NCBI GenBank assembly: GCA_035273425.1
Contig: DATEPB010000058.1
Location: 44,590 to 108,589, forward strand
Source: Pyrinomonadaceae bacterium
Lineage (GTDB): Bacteria; Acidobacteriota; Blastocatellia; Pyrinomonadales; Pyrinomonadaceae
DNA length: 64,000 bases
Reading direction: 5' to 3'
Part shown: one piece after another, positions 8,706 through 17,717 of the stretch
Layout: each line of letters opens with the position of its first letter
Numbering within the stretch: the stretch's first letter is position 1
Translations under genes and position numbers: made by a program
Notes under the pieces: model-generated
Database searches by the model: none
The model's input: the letters and a program-made list of their open reading frames with translations, nothing else
Told to the model about the DNA's origin: nothing

Positions 8706-10781
8706 TCATCGGCTTTTTACTGCCGGGGCTTCAAACCACATCGTCGCCAGCGGCGGCAGGGTAACAACCGCTGAATACTCAAACCCATTCGCCGGAACTT
8801 TTTCAGCCGTAACCGTCTTCACAACCCCAAACCCGCCGCCACAGTATTTTTCATCATCCGTATTTACAATCTGTTGGTACTTCCCTGCTCTCGGTAGTCC
8901 CAGGCGATGATCTTCACGAACGATCGGGGAAAAGTTTCCAACGCAGATCAACTCACGGCCGGACGATTGACCACGACGAATAAATGAAACCACGTTGGCC
9001 GCGGCATTGTCGGCGTCGATCCATTGAAAGCCCGAAGCTTCGCCGTCGTTTTCCCACAACGCAGGCCGCTTTAGATAAAGCTTATTGAGATCTCTGACCA
9101 GTGTTTGAATTCCCTCGTGAATCGGCTTCTCCAGCAAGTGCCAATCGAGACTCTCTTCTTCATTCCATTCGCGCCATTGTCCAAACTCGCCACCCATGAA
9201 GAGCATCTTCTTGCCCGGGTGTGCCCACATGTATGCGTACAGCGCGCGGAGGTTCGCCAACTTTTGCCACTCTTCGCCGGGCATCTTGTTTAGTAACGAG
9301 CCCTTCATGTGAACGACTTCATCGTGCGACAACGGGAGAATAAAGTTTTCACTCCATGCGTAGATCAAACCAAACGTGAGCGCGTTGTGGTTGCCCTTCC
9401 GAAACAAAGGATCCGTTTGAAAATACTTGAGAGTGTCGTGCATCCAGCCCATGTTCCACTTGAAATCGAATCCCAGGCCGCCCGCATACACCGGGTGACT
9501 CACCATGGGCCAGGCTGTCGACTCCTCGGCGATCATCATCGTGCCCGGACACTCGCGATGAGTGGTTTGATTTAGCTCCTGGAGAAACGAGAGCGCCTCA
9601 AGATTCTCGCGGCCGCCCTGCTGATTTGGTTCCCACTCGCCTTCCTTCCGGCTGTAGTCGAGATAAAGCATCGAAGCCACCGCGTCCACGCGCAGCCCGT
9701 CAATGTGGAATTCCTTGAACCAATAAAGAGCGTTGGCCATGAGGAAGTTCCGCACCTGGTTACGGCCGTAGTTAAAGATGTAGGTACCCCAGTCGGGATG
9801 TTCACCCTTGCGTGGATCCAGGTGCTCGTAGAGCGCGGTCCCGTCAAACCGCGCAAGCGCAAACGCATCTTTGGGAAAATGCGCCGGCACCCAATCCATG
9901 ATTACGCCAATACCGCGTTGATGAAGGTGATCAACCAAATACCGCAGATCGTCTGGGGTGCCATAGCGTGCAGAAGGCGCGTAATAGTTGCTGACCTGGT
10001 AACCCCATGATGGTCCATATGGATGTTCCTTCAAGGGAAGAAACTCAACGTGTGTGTAGCCCGCTTCTTCAACATAGTCGGCGAGCACAAGCGCCATTTC
10101 TCGATAGGTAAAAGGTCGATTGTTCTCTTCGAGGTGACGCCGCCATGAGCCAAAATGGATCTCATAGATTGAGAGTGGTTGCCGGAAGTGTTCGCGACCT
10201 GCACGCTTCTTCATCCATCTCGAATCTCGAAACTTGTAGTTTGACTCGTAAACTATCGATGAAGTATTTGGCGGGGCCTCGGCAAAGCTGGCGTACGGAT
10301 CGGCCTTAAGAAATACAGGCAAACCCGGCGTTTTGATCTCGTACTTATAGAGTTCACCGGACTTCAGTTGCGGAACAAAAACTTCCCACACCCCAGAATC
10401 ACTAAGACGGTGCATTGGATTCTTTGCGCCATCCCACGCGTTGAAGCTCCCTACGACACTCACCCTCTCCGCGCTGGGCGCCCAAACTGCAAACGACACT
10501 CCCAAAACACCATCGTGATTAATTACATGCGCACCGAGTTTTTCGTAGATCCGTTCGTGCCGGCCTTCGCCAAACAGATGCAGATCGATTTCTCCAAGGA
10601 CTGGTGAGAACGAGGGTGGCAAATCTGAACCCTTAACTGGCGCGGGTGCTTTCGCTGTGCGACCACTAGCTGCTTTGACAGCCTTCGATGCATTCTTCTT
10701 TGGCTTTGATGGAGCTACAGTCTTCGCAGCAGTTTTAGAACGCTTCACTTTCTTCTCTTCGGTTTTTGCAAGCTTTGCCAT
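8706..10781 (-). CDS. glgB: 1,4-alpha-glucan branching enzyme (GH13) with Lys/Ala-rich N-terminal tail
   Basis: HIDGLRVDAVASMLY and MIAEESTAWP GH13 conserved regions; 691 aa. Confidence 0.9.
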   Translation of the reverse strand: MAKLAKTEEKKVKRSKTAAKTVAPSKPKKNASKAVKAASGRTAKAPAPVKGSDLPPSFSPVLGEIDLHLFGEGRHERIYEKLGAHVINHDGVLGVSFAVWAPSAERVSVVGSFNAWDGAKNPMHRLSDSGVWEVFVPQLKSGELYKYEIKTPGLPVFLKADPYASFAEAPPNTSSIVYESNYKFRDSRWMKKRAGREHFRQPLSIYEIHFGSWRRHLEENNRPFTYREMALVLADYVEEAGYTHVEFLPLKEHPYGPSWGYQVSNYYAPSARYGTPDDLRYLVDHLHQRGIGVIMDWVPAHFPKDAFALARFDGTALYEHLDPRKGEHPDWGTYIFNYGRNQVRNFLMANALYWFKEFHIDGLRVDAVASMLYLDYSRKEGEWEPNQQGGRENLEALSFLQELNQTTHRECPGTMMIAEESTAWPMVSHPVYAGGLGFDFKWNMGWMHDTLKYFQTDPLFRKGNHNALTFGLIYAWSENFILPLSHDEVVHMKGSLLNKMPGEEWQKLANLRALYAYMWAHPGKKMLFMGGEFGQWREWNEEESLDWHLLEKPIHEGIQTLVRDLNKLYLKRPALWENDGEASGFQWIDADNAAANVVSFIRRGQSSGRELICVGNFSPIVREDHRLGLPRAGKYQQIVNTDDEKYCGGGFGVVKTVTAEKVPANGFEYSAVVTLPPLATMWFEAPAVKSR

Positions 10782-10804
10782 TCGATTATCGTTTCCGAAA
10801 CGAT

Positions 10805-12358
10805 CTATCTGGTCACAAGTACCCGACCTGAATGGTCGAGCAACGGTTCGACCAGCTGCCTGTAAATGTCTGCCCCGTTTCCCATCTCCGTTCGATTGCT
10901 TTTGGCCTCGGCAAGCAGTTCAAGAAAGTCATTTCGCCGCGAAGGAAGGCCAAGCTGGGACATTAGATCGATCACTCGAGCCGCATACTTCAAGATCTGA
11001 ACCGGCTCGATACCAGAAATATCGTTGAAGAACCATCCACAACTGGCATACATCAACAAGGTGTTGCGCTGCATCTCCAGAAATGCGAGGGCTCTGGTTT
11101 CTTGTTCGCCTGTTAACTGAGCAGGAGCATGTTGATGAACAAAAGCTTCGCGCGCCGTCTCGTGGTTGAGCACTAATTCGATTGAACTGTCTCGGGCTGC
11201 CCATGGATCGATAAACAGTTCACCACGAACGGCTTCAAACTCGGCAGCAGCTTCATCCCGCAGAAAGTCCAGTGCCGTTCTCAATGGTCCACGCCACTTC
11301 TGGTTCCAGTGCGCTTCCGCGCCCGTGCTGCATCCGCAGTCACTGTTCCATCGCCCCACTCCGTGAACACAACTCCACGAACTGCCCTGCTCTTGAGTTC
11401 CATTGTTTAGTTCAACTTCGAATTGCGGCGCATGCTGCTCGAGGTACTCGCCGTAGTTCGTAACCCTATACCCCTGTAGAGGCGCTTCTACTTCGAGTGC
11501 ATAGGCGAGGCACATATCTCCAAATTTATGATGATGACCGTAGCTCTCCCCGTCTGTCGCCACATTTACCAGCGCGCCTGCGCCAGGTCGCGCAGCTCCA
11601 ATTCGGTCAACGAGCGCACCGCTTGAAGTCAACGCGTTGTCAAAAGCAATCGCTCCAGCCAGGGCTTGATCGTAGAAAAAAATGGCAATCGATCTGTTTG
11701 AACCATCGCGATGAAAATAGCGATACACAACCGTCACATCTAAAATTCCATTCTCGACGAGCTTCCATTCAGCAAGATCGCTCGTGACGCCGGATGATGA
11801 TTCACCCTTCAGCGGTCGCACGCGCCCAGCTTGATGTGGCGCGAGGATCACAAATTGAAGACCATGTTCAATCAGCACCCCCAGCACATCATCATTGCAA
11901 GCAGTTTCGGGCAGCCACATCGATTCAGCATCACGCTGAAACCGATGCCGAAAATCCTCTAGCCCCCAACGGACTTGCGTGATCAGGTCGCGACGATTGC
12001 ACAAAGGAAGGATCGGATGGCTGTAGGCTTGCGCTATGGCGTTGCCGTGTCCCCCGTGACGACCGACACTCTCAGCGTCGGCAGCCAGAATCCCCGCATA
12101 AGTTTCTGAGGCTTCTCGTTCAAGCCAGGACAGCAACGTCGGACCGAAGTCGAAACTGATGCGCGAGTAGTTATTGACCACTTTTTTCTGATCACCGTTC
12201 AGAACTTCTACGGCAGCGTTAGGTTGGTAACACTCGGCGGTGACTCGCTCGTTCCAATCATGAAACGGTGCTGCCGTCGGTTCGACATCAACAACGCCGG
12301 TCCATGGATTTTCGCGCGGTGGTTGGTAAAAGTGTCCGTGGATAATAAGCGACTTCAT
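10805..12358 (-). CDS. Glycoside hydrolase family 57 protein
   Basis: N-terminus MKSLIIHGHFYQPPRENPW is characteristic of GH57; 517 aa; adjacent to glgB. Confidence 0.8.
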   Translation of the reverse strand: MKSLIIHGHFYQPPRENPWTGVVDVEPTAAPFHDWNERVTAECYQPNAAVEVLNGDQKKVVNNYSRISFDFGPTLLSWLEREASETYAGILAADAESVGRHGGHGNAIAQAYSHPILPLCNRRDLITQVRWGLEDFRHRFQRDAESMWLPETACNDDVLGVLIEHGLQFVILAPHQAGRVRPLKGESSSGVTSDLAEWKLVENGILDVTVVYRYFHRDGSNRSIAIFFYDQALAGAIAFDNALTSSGALVDRIGAARPGAGALVNVATDGESYGHHHKFGDMCLAYALEVEAPLQGYRVTNYGEYLEQHAPQFEVELNNGTQEQGSSWSCVHGVGRWNSDCGCSTGAEAHWNQKWRGPLRTALDFLRDEAAAEFEAVRGELFIDPWAARDSSIELVLNHETAREAFVHQHAPAQLTGEQETRALAFLEMQRNTLLMYASCGWFFNDISGIEPVQILKYAARVIDLMSQLGLPSRRNDFLELLAEAKSNRTEMGNGADIYRQLVEPLLDHSGRVLVTR

Positions 12359-12497
12359 GTAGTTGCTTGCGTTGGCCCGCTGCCCGTTGCTCGTAAACTG
12401 TGCAAATTATTAATTCAACGATACCATCAGTTTCGCACTAATAGTAATTCAACTTGTCAGGTTAGCACTGACCCGTTTCCACTCGTCACAGCCACGG

Positions 12498-14198
12498 TTG
12501 CTTATGATTGGATTTGGTTCTGACGCTTTCATTGCGTCACTCGCCATCATCGGTATCGTCATCGTCGTGTCGGCGTTGCTCTCCGGCTTTATCGAACGAA
12601 GCGGCCTGCCGCAAGTCGCTGTATTCCTCGCGATCGGAGCTGCGCTTGGCCCAGCGGGCGTTGGCGTCGTCGATATTGGTCTGCAATCGCCATCGCTGCA
12701 CGTGGTAGCCACGCTTAGTCTTACCCTAGTGCTCTTCACCGATGCGGTGGCGCTTAATGTGTCAGAGGTGCGAAAGCATTGGACACTAGCGGTGAGATTA
12801 CTTGGGCCAGGAACGCTCTTATCAGCCGCCTTGGTCGCCTTTGCTGGCTGGTGGTTGCTTCGATTACCCGTGCCGGCTGCGGCGATCCTCGGCGCTGCCC
12901 TGGCGTCTACCGATCCGGTCCTGTTACGCGGTCTGCTGCGTCGAAAAGATATCGCGTCGAACACACGTCAGGCGTTACAACTCGAAAGCGGCCTTAACGA
13001 TGTGGTCTTGCTGCCGGTGGTAATCGTTGCGATGGCGTTCATGGGTGAGCGTGCACCGGGTGACGGGGCCGCATGGGCCAAGTTAGGTCTCAATCTATTC
13101 ATTCTTGGCCCAGGTGCAGGAGTCGCAGTTGGATTGGTCGCGGTGGCGGCCCTCGATCTGATCCGAAAGAAGATTGGCGTTCGACGTGACTATGAATCGC
13201 TTTACTCTCTTGGTATTGCGTTTTCTGCCTACGCAGCGGCCGAGGCCGTTCACGGCAGCGGCTTCCTCGCTGCCTTTGCGGCCGGCTTGACCATTGCCGC
13301 GCTCGACGTCGAACTCTGTGATTGCTTCCTTGAGTATGGAGCAGTCACAGCAGAGATGATGCTCCTATTTACTTTCGTCCTGTTTGGCAGTTCGCTGATC
13401 TGGACGGGATTTAGTGTCATCAGTGTGGCCACCCTAATCTTCGCAGCCTTCGTCATTCTCATTCGTCCTCCTGTGTACCTGCTCTCGCTATTGGGATCCA
13501 CAGTCGACCGGCGCGGACGTTTTCTAATCGCCTGGTTTGGGCCTCGAGGGCTTAGTTCGTTACTGCTTATTCTTTTGCCGATTTTTGCAGGCCTTCCCGG
13601 AGCCGAACAACTGTTCCCGATCTGTTCCCTCGTGGTCCTTCTGTCGGTCGTACTCCACGGCGGTTCGCCACTTGTGCTGGCACAAGTTGACCGGCGGCGA
13701 GCGCGGCATGAAACCGCAGCCGCAAATTTGTCCGACAACTCTGGACCAGCGCAACCGGCTTCATGTGTTGAGGGCAGCGCTCCAGATTGCGTCACGGGAA
13801 TTGAGAGTGCGCAAACTCCGACCGCTGAGGTGGAAAGTTTCACAGTTGGCCGGCACAGCCTTACGCTCGAAGAAGTTAAACGCCTGCAGCAGAGCGAGCA
13901 GCAGGTTTTTATTCTTGACGTTCGCACTGAACGGAGTCTCGACGACCGTCAGGCGCAAAGCGCGATTCGCGTTCCTCCAGATGAGGCGGTCAGTGTGGTC
14001 CGTCGACTGGGTTTGCTGAAGGAGGCGTGGCTCATCGCCTACTGCGCTTGACCAAACGAGGCTACCAGCGCCCGGGTGGCGCAGGAACTTCGACAGGCAG
14101 GATGGACCAAAGCACGCGCCCTCATCGGTGGATGGGCCGAGTGGCAGAAGTCTGGTGAACCGACTGAGTTAAGAATTGCCGACCCCGCGGCCGGTTAG
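12498..14198 (+). CDS. CPA1 cation/proton antiporter fused to a C-terminal rhodanese domain, with in-frame TGA (14049-14051) at the catalytic position; candidate selenoprotein or recent pseudogene
   Basis: ORF 12498..14051 has a multi-TM Na+/H+ exchanger-like region followed by a rhodanese start (VFILDVR...WLIAYCA). The same frame continues for 48 codons (PNEATSARVAQELRQAGWTKARALIGGWAEWQKSGEPTE...) to TAG 14196-14198. Confidence 0.6.
14065..14085 (+). promoter_or_regulatory. Candidate SECIS-like hairpin downstream of the in-frame UGA
   Basis: CCAGCGCC / CGGGU loop / GGCGCAGG: 7 bp with one A.A mismatch, starting 13 nt after the TGA. Confidence 0.35.
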
Positions 14199-14308
14199 CG
14201 TCGTTGTGCTGCATCGCGTTCATAGTTGCCAGTCGGGCGCTACGTGTTGTACATCTTTCTCTCACTTATTACTTCCGCTTAGCTTAGATTAGCTACCCGA
14301 CTGGAACG

Positions 14309-14434
14309 ATGGCGAAGGCGTCAAATTTGAAGAATTGGATCAAGAGGCTCGGAGTGTGGGGATTTCTCTTCTTCCTCGTGAAGGGACTTCTCTGGCTTAC
14401 CATTCCTGCGCTCATCGCTTTCTTCGCCAACTAA
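14309..14434 (+). CDS. Possible 41-aa single-TM small protein
   Basis: Hand-translated, below the ORF-track cutoff: MAKASNLKNWIKRLGVWGFLFFLVKGLLWLTIPALIAFFAN. It ends 4 nt before the DmpA-like start. Confidence 0.3.
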   Translation: MAKASNLKNWIKRLGVWGFLFFLVKGLLWLTIPALIAFFAN

Positions 14435-14438
14435 CCCC

Positions 14439-15650
14439 ATGCACCGATTCCCCGGCCATTCGAACGGACTACACCTCATTTTAGTAATCGTTCTCCTCGC
14501 AGTGATTATCACTCCGGCGCAACGAAGAGAAGATCGCCCACGCGTGCGTGAGGCGGGAATAACCGTGGGGATTCTGCCGGTTGGCCCAGCAAACGCGATA
14601 ACTGACGTTCCCAATGTGACGGTAGGTCAAACGACCATTATTCGTGGGGACAACATTCGAACTGGAGTTACCGTCATCCTGCCGCACAATGGAAATCTTT
14701 TCCGTGAGAAGGTGCCGGCTGCGATATTCGTCGGTAATGGTTTTGGGAAGCTCATGGGTTCAACCCAGGTGAAAGAGCTTGGCGAAATTGAAACTCCGAT
14801 ACTTCTAACCTCAACTCTGAGCGTTCCGCGCGCTGCCGATGCACTGCTTGATTACATGCTGGGCTTGCCTGGAAATGAAGATGTACGGTCGGTGAATCCT
14901 GTGGTAGCCGAGACGAATGACGGTTTCCTAAATGACATCCGCGGACGCCACATCACCAGCGCGGACGTCCTTTCAGCGATAAAGAATGCGAAAAGCGGGT
15001 ACGTTGATGAAGGCTCAGTGGGCGCGGGCACCGGAACGGTCGCCTATGGTTTCAAAGGCGGAATAGGGACTTCGTCACGGCAGCTCCCCTCGGCACTAGG
15101 TGGATTCACGGTTGGAGTCCTGGTGCAAACCAACTTCGGCGGCATTCTGACAATAAACGGGGCGCCGGTTGGGCGAGAACTTGGGCAGTACTATCTGAAA
15201 CGAGAAACAGGCCGGTCGTCATATTGGCCCTGCGAACCAGGCAACCCGAATACGAGCCGCTGCAGCGCTGACGGGTCGGTCATAGTGGTAATCGCAACGG
15301 ATGCGCCGGTAGATGCGAGAAACCTCGAGCGAATGGCGGCCCGGGCGATGTGGGGGATAGCCCGCACGGGATCGGCAGGCACTAATGGCAGCGGTGACTA
15401 CGCTATTGCCTTTTCAACCGCAACAGAGAATCGCGTCAAGCCTGACGGCAACTCTCCACGCAGTTTGAAGTCGCTGCCAAACGATGCGATGTCACCCGTC
15501 TTCCTGGCGGTGATCGAAGCCACTGAAGAAGCTGTCTACAATTCTCTCTTCAGGGCCACCACCGTGAAGAGCCGTGGTCAAACCGTCGAAGCTCTCCCGA
15601 TCGACAAGACCATGGAGATCCTGCGCCGACATGCTGCGCTCGGTAAGTAA
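14439..15650 (+). CDS. DmpA/S58 (P1) family aminopeptidase
   Basis: GAGTGTVAYGFKGGIGTSS block (self-processing site region) plus an N-terminal signal/anchor. Confidence 0.8.
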   Translation: MHRFPGHSNGLHLILVIVLLAVIITPAQRREDRPRVREAGITVGILPVGPANAITDVPNVTVGQTTIIRGDNIRTGVTVILPHNGNLFREKVPAAIFVGNGFGKLMGSTQVKELGEIETPILLTSTLSVPRAADALLDYMLGLPGNEDVRSVNPVVAETNDGFLNDIRGRHITSADVLSAIKNAKSGYVDEGSVGAGTGTVAYGFKGGIGTSSRQLPSALGGFTVGVLVQTNFGGILTINGAPVGRELGQYYLKRETGRSSYWPCEPGNPNTSRCSADGSVIVVIATDAPVDARNLERMAARAMWGIARTGSAGTNGSGDYAIAFSTATENRVKPDGNSPRSLKSLPNDAMSPVFLAVIEATEEAVYNSLFRATTVKSRGQTVEALPIDKTMEILRRHAALGK

Positions 15651-15740
15651 GCACGGTCCTATTCGGCCCACACCTCACGATTGACACCTTAACGCAACCA
15701 ATTCGATCACCAAGCGTCACAATTTGGACCATCGAGTGTA

Positions 15741-15769
15741 TTGACACTTGATGAGTCGCCGCATAGAAT
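15741..15769 (+). promoter_or_regulatory. Sigma70-like promoter (TTGACA-17 nt-TAGAAT)
   Basis: TTGACA at 15741-15746, a 17-nt spacer, then TAGAAT at 15764-15769, upstream of the GAGGAGGG RBS and GTG 15807. Confidence 0.45.
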
Positions 15770-15806
15770 TCTGCCACAGCAAATAATCTCCGAGGAGGGT
15801 GTCAGA

Positions 15807-16121
15807 GTGAAAACAACTATTCGTGTCAATCGCAAACGTCCAGAGTCGATGACCAAACAGATTACGGATCAACTTACGGGCTTAATCGAATCAGGTGCTA
15901 TGACTGTTGGAAGTTATCTGCCCAGCGAACGTGAACTCGCCAATTCCCTGAAAGTTGCTCGCAACGTTGTTCGTGGAAGTTACGAGAACCTGATGAAGGC
16001 AGGAAGAGTTCAGAGTGAAGGTCGCAAAGGCCGGACCGTGAGATCGTCAGGTGGAAAGAAGCGAGCTGGCGCCGCCAAGACTTCGAAGAGTGCTGCTGGA
16101 TCGAAAGCGCGAAAGAAATAA
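15807..16121 (+). CDS. GntR-type winged-helix DNA-binding protein without effector domain, with basic C-terminal tail
   Basis: LPSERELANSLKVARNVVRGSYENL is a GntR HTH signature. The GTG start lies 7 nt after GAGGAGGG. The track start at 15741 coincides with the promoter -35 element. Confidence 0.65.
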   Translation: MKTTIRVNRKRPESMTKQITDQLTGLIESGAMTVGSYLPSERELANSLKVARNVVRGSYENLMKAGRVQSEGRKGRTVRSSGGKKRAGAAKTSKSAAGSKARKK

Positions 16122-16178
16122 TTTACGGTCGCGCCGGCGTTTCCCAGTTTCCCCCATCCTCGCAATATCACAAGGAAA

Positions 16179-17597
16179 TCACTGGCTTAAAATCGCGGTC
16201 TCCTCTCCCAGCGCCAGGATTTCGTTGCGTATTGCCCTGCGCTCAGCCAGCAAACGGACAAAGAACTTGCGCCTCATAAGAAAGAACACGAGTGCCCGGA
16301 ATCCCCCCAGAAAAGTATCGATTGCTTCAAAGAATCTGATAGCCAGAAATCCGCTGATGGGAATAATGAGCGCTGACGCCAGCGCCCATTTCCATCCCAG
16401 AAACCGCCAACAAACGACCATGGCCACGAGCCAGGTCAGTGGAAATAAGAGCATCGCTGAGATGATTTTCACCGTAGAAATCACGTCTTCGTAGTGCTTT
16501 GAGATTCTTGTTGCCAGGTAGCCCCCCAACCGGTATGCCGGATAATGGACCACCACGCCAACAATCGCAGGACCAAGCAGCAACAGGAACGTCACAATCA
16601 TCCTTATCAAATGCTTGAAAACCGACAGCGTAGACTTGGGTGCTGAAAAATCGTCAGGATCAACCCCAGCCAAAGACAGCTCCTCTTCAAAGCGACTCAT
16701 CCGAACCTCAAGCTTGCGCAGACGTTCAGGCGCGTGTTGCCGTAACACCGTATAGGCTCGGATAAAGCGCTGTTGAATTTTTAGTTCATCAGCAAGACTT
16801 TCGGTGGCTCCATCAGCTTCTGACGAAAATATTCGCTCCGCCCGAGTTATGGTTTGCAGGGCCTCCTCATGTTCGGCATCGAGGATTACCGAACGCAGCG
16901 CCGTCTCGACCTTGTTACTCAACTCGCGCACAGCGTCTCGCGGAGGATTACCATCAGCTTCCAGCGTTACTGCGGTCACATTGATCGGTAGACCGAAATA
17001 CAACAGCGCGGAACTGCGAAACTTAGTTTTGGAAGTGTAGTAAAGGCCAGCAGGAACAATCTTGAGGTCGACCACTTCACCGGTTGAGACAGCACCAAGC
17101 GCAATTCGAGCCGCGCCTGTCTTGATGGGACGCAACCGCGGCTCATCATGGGAAACGCCTTCCGGACAGATCCCGATCGTAACTCCGCGCGCAAGCAGAC
17201 GGCGCGCGGCAATAAATGTCTCCTGGTTTTTCGACACGTCTTCACCCTGGTCTTGATGTCGATAAACCGGAAGCGAGTCCATCGCGCGAACGAAATAGCC
17301 CAGCACCGGCATTCTAAAGAGCGGCGCCTTCGCTAGAAACGCTACGGTCCGGGGCGCGCGACAAAGCAGCACCGCCGGATCGACCAATGCGTTTGGGTGA
17401 TTCAAGACGAAAATGAGCGGACTGTTAAGGGGAACGTGTTCTACGCCGACGACCTCAACGCGTCTGAAGTAAATGCGCATTGCCAGTCTTAGGAGTGAGA
17501 CGATGATTCTGCGAATCAAATAGTCACCTTTTCCCGATGGGAAGACGTCTGAGCCGTACTTCGCGCCAATAATATTGGACGGCAAATTTCCGAACAA
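16179..17597 (-). CDS. PlsC-like lysophospholipid/glycerol-phosphate acyltransferase with C-terminal membrane domain
   Basis: LNHPNALVD and ICPEGVSHDE acyltransferase blocks, with hydrophobic C-terminal helices. Confidence 0.7.
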   Translation of the reverse strand: MFGNLPSNIIGAKYGSDVFPSGKGDYLIRRIIVSLLRLAMRIYFRRVEVVGVEHVPLNSPLIFVLNHPNALVDPAVLLCRAPRTVAFLAKAPLFRMPVLGYFVRAMDSLPVYRHQDQGEDVSKNQETFIAARRLLARGVTIGICPEGVSHDEPRLRPIKTGAARIALGAVSTGEVVDLKIVPAGLYYTSKTKFRSSALLYFGLPINVTAVTLEADGNPPRDAVRELSNKVETALRSVILDAEHEEALQTITRAERIFSSEADGATESLADELKIQQRFIRAYTVLRQHAPERLRKLEVRMSRFEEELSLAGVDPDDFSAPKSTLSVFKHLIRMIVTFLLLLGPAIVGVVVHYPAYRLGGYLATRISKHYEDVISTVKIISAMLLFPLTWLVAMVVCWRFLGWKWALASALIIPISGFLAIRFFEAIDTFLGGFRALVFFLMRRKFFVRLLAERRAIRNEILALGEETAILSQ

Positions 17598-17717
17598 TCA
17601 TTTTCGCGGCTGGTCGAAATAGCATCACTGTCGCCTGCCGCCGTGCGCAGAATCACAGGTAATGCAATAATAGCGGCGCTTTCCCACAAAATATCAAAAT
17701 ATCCTCGAGGGGGCGTC

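Noticed and set aside
12449-13927. Minus-strand ORFs 12449..12964 and 13250..13927
   Set aside because: They are antisense to the antiporter gene. Their Arg/Ser/Pro-rich low-complexity translations are typical of the reverse frames of a membrane-protein gene.
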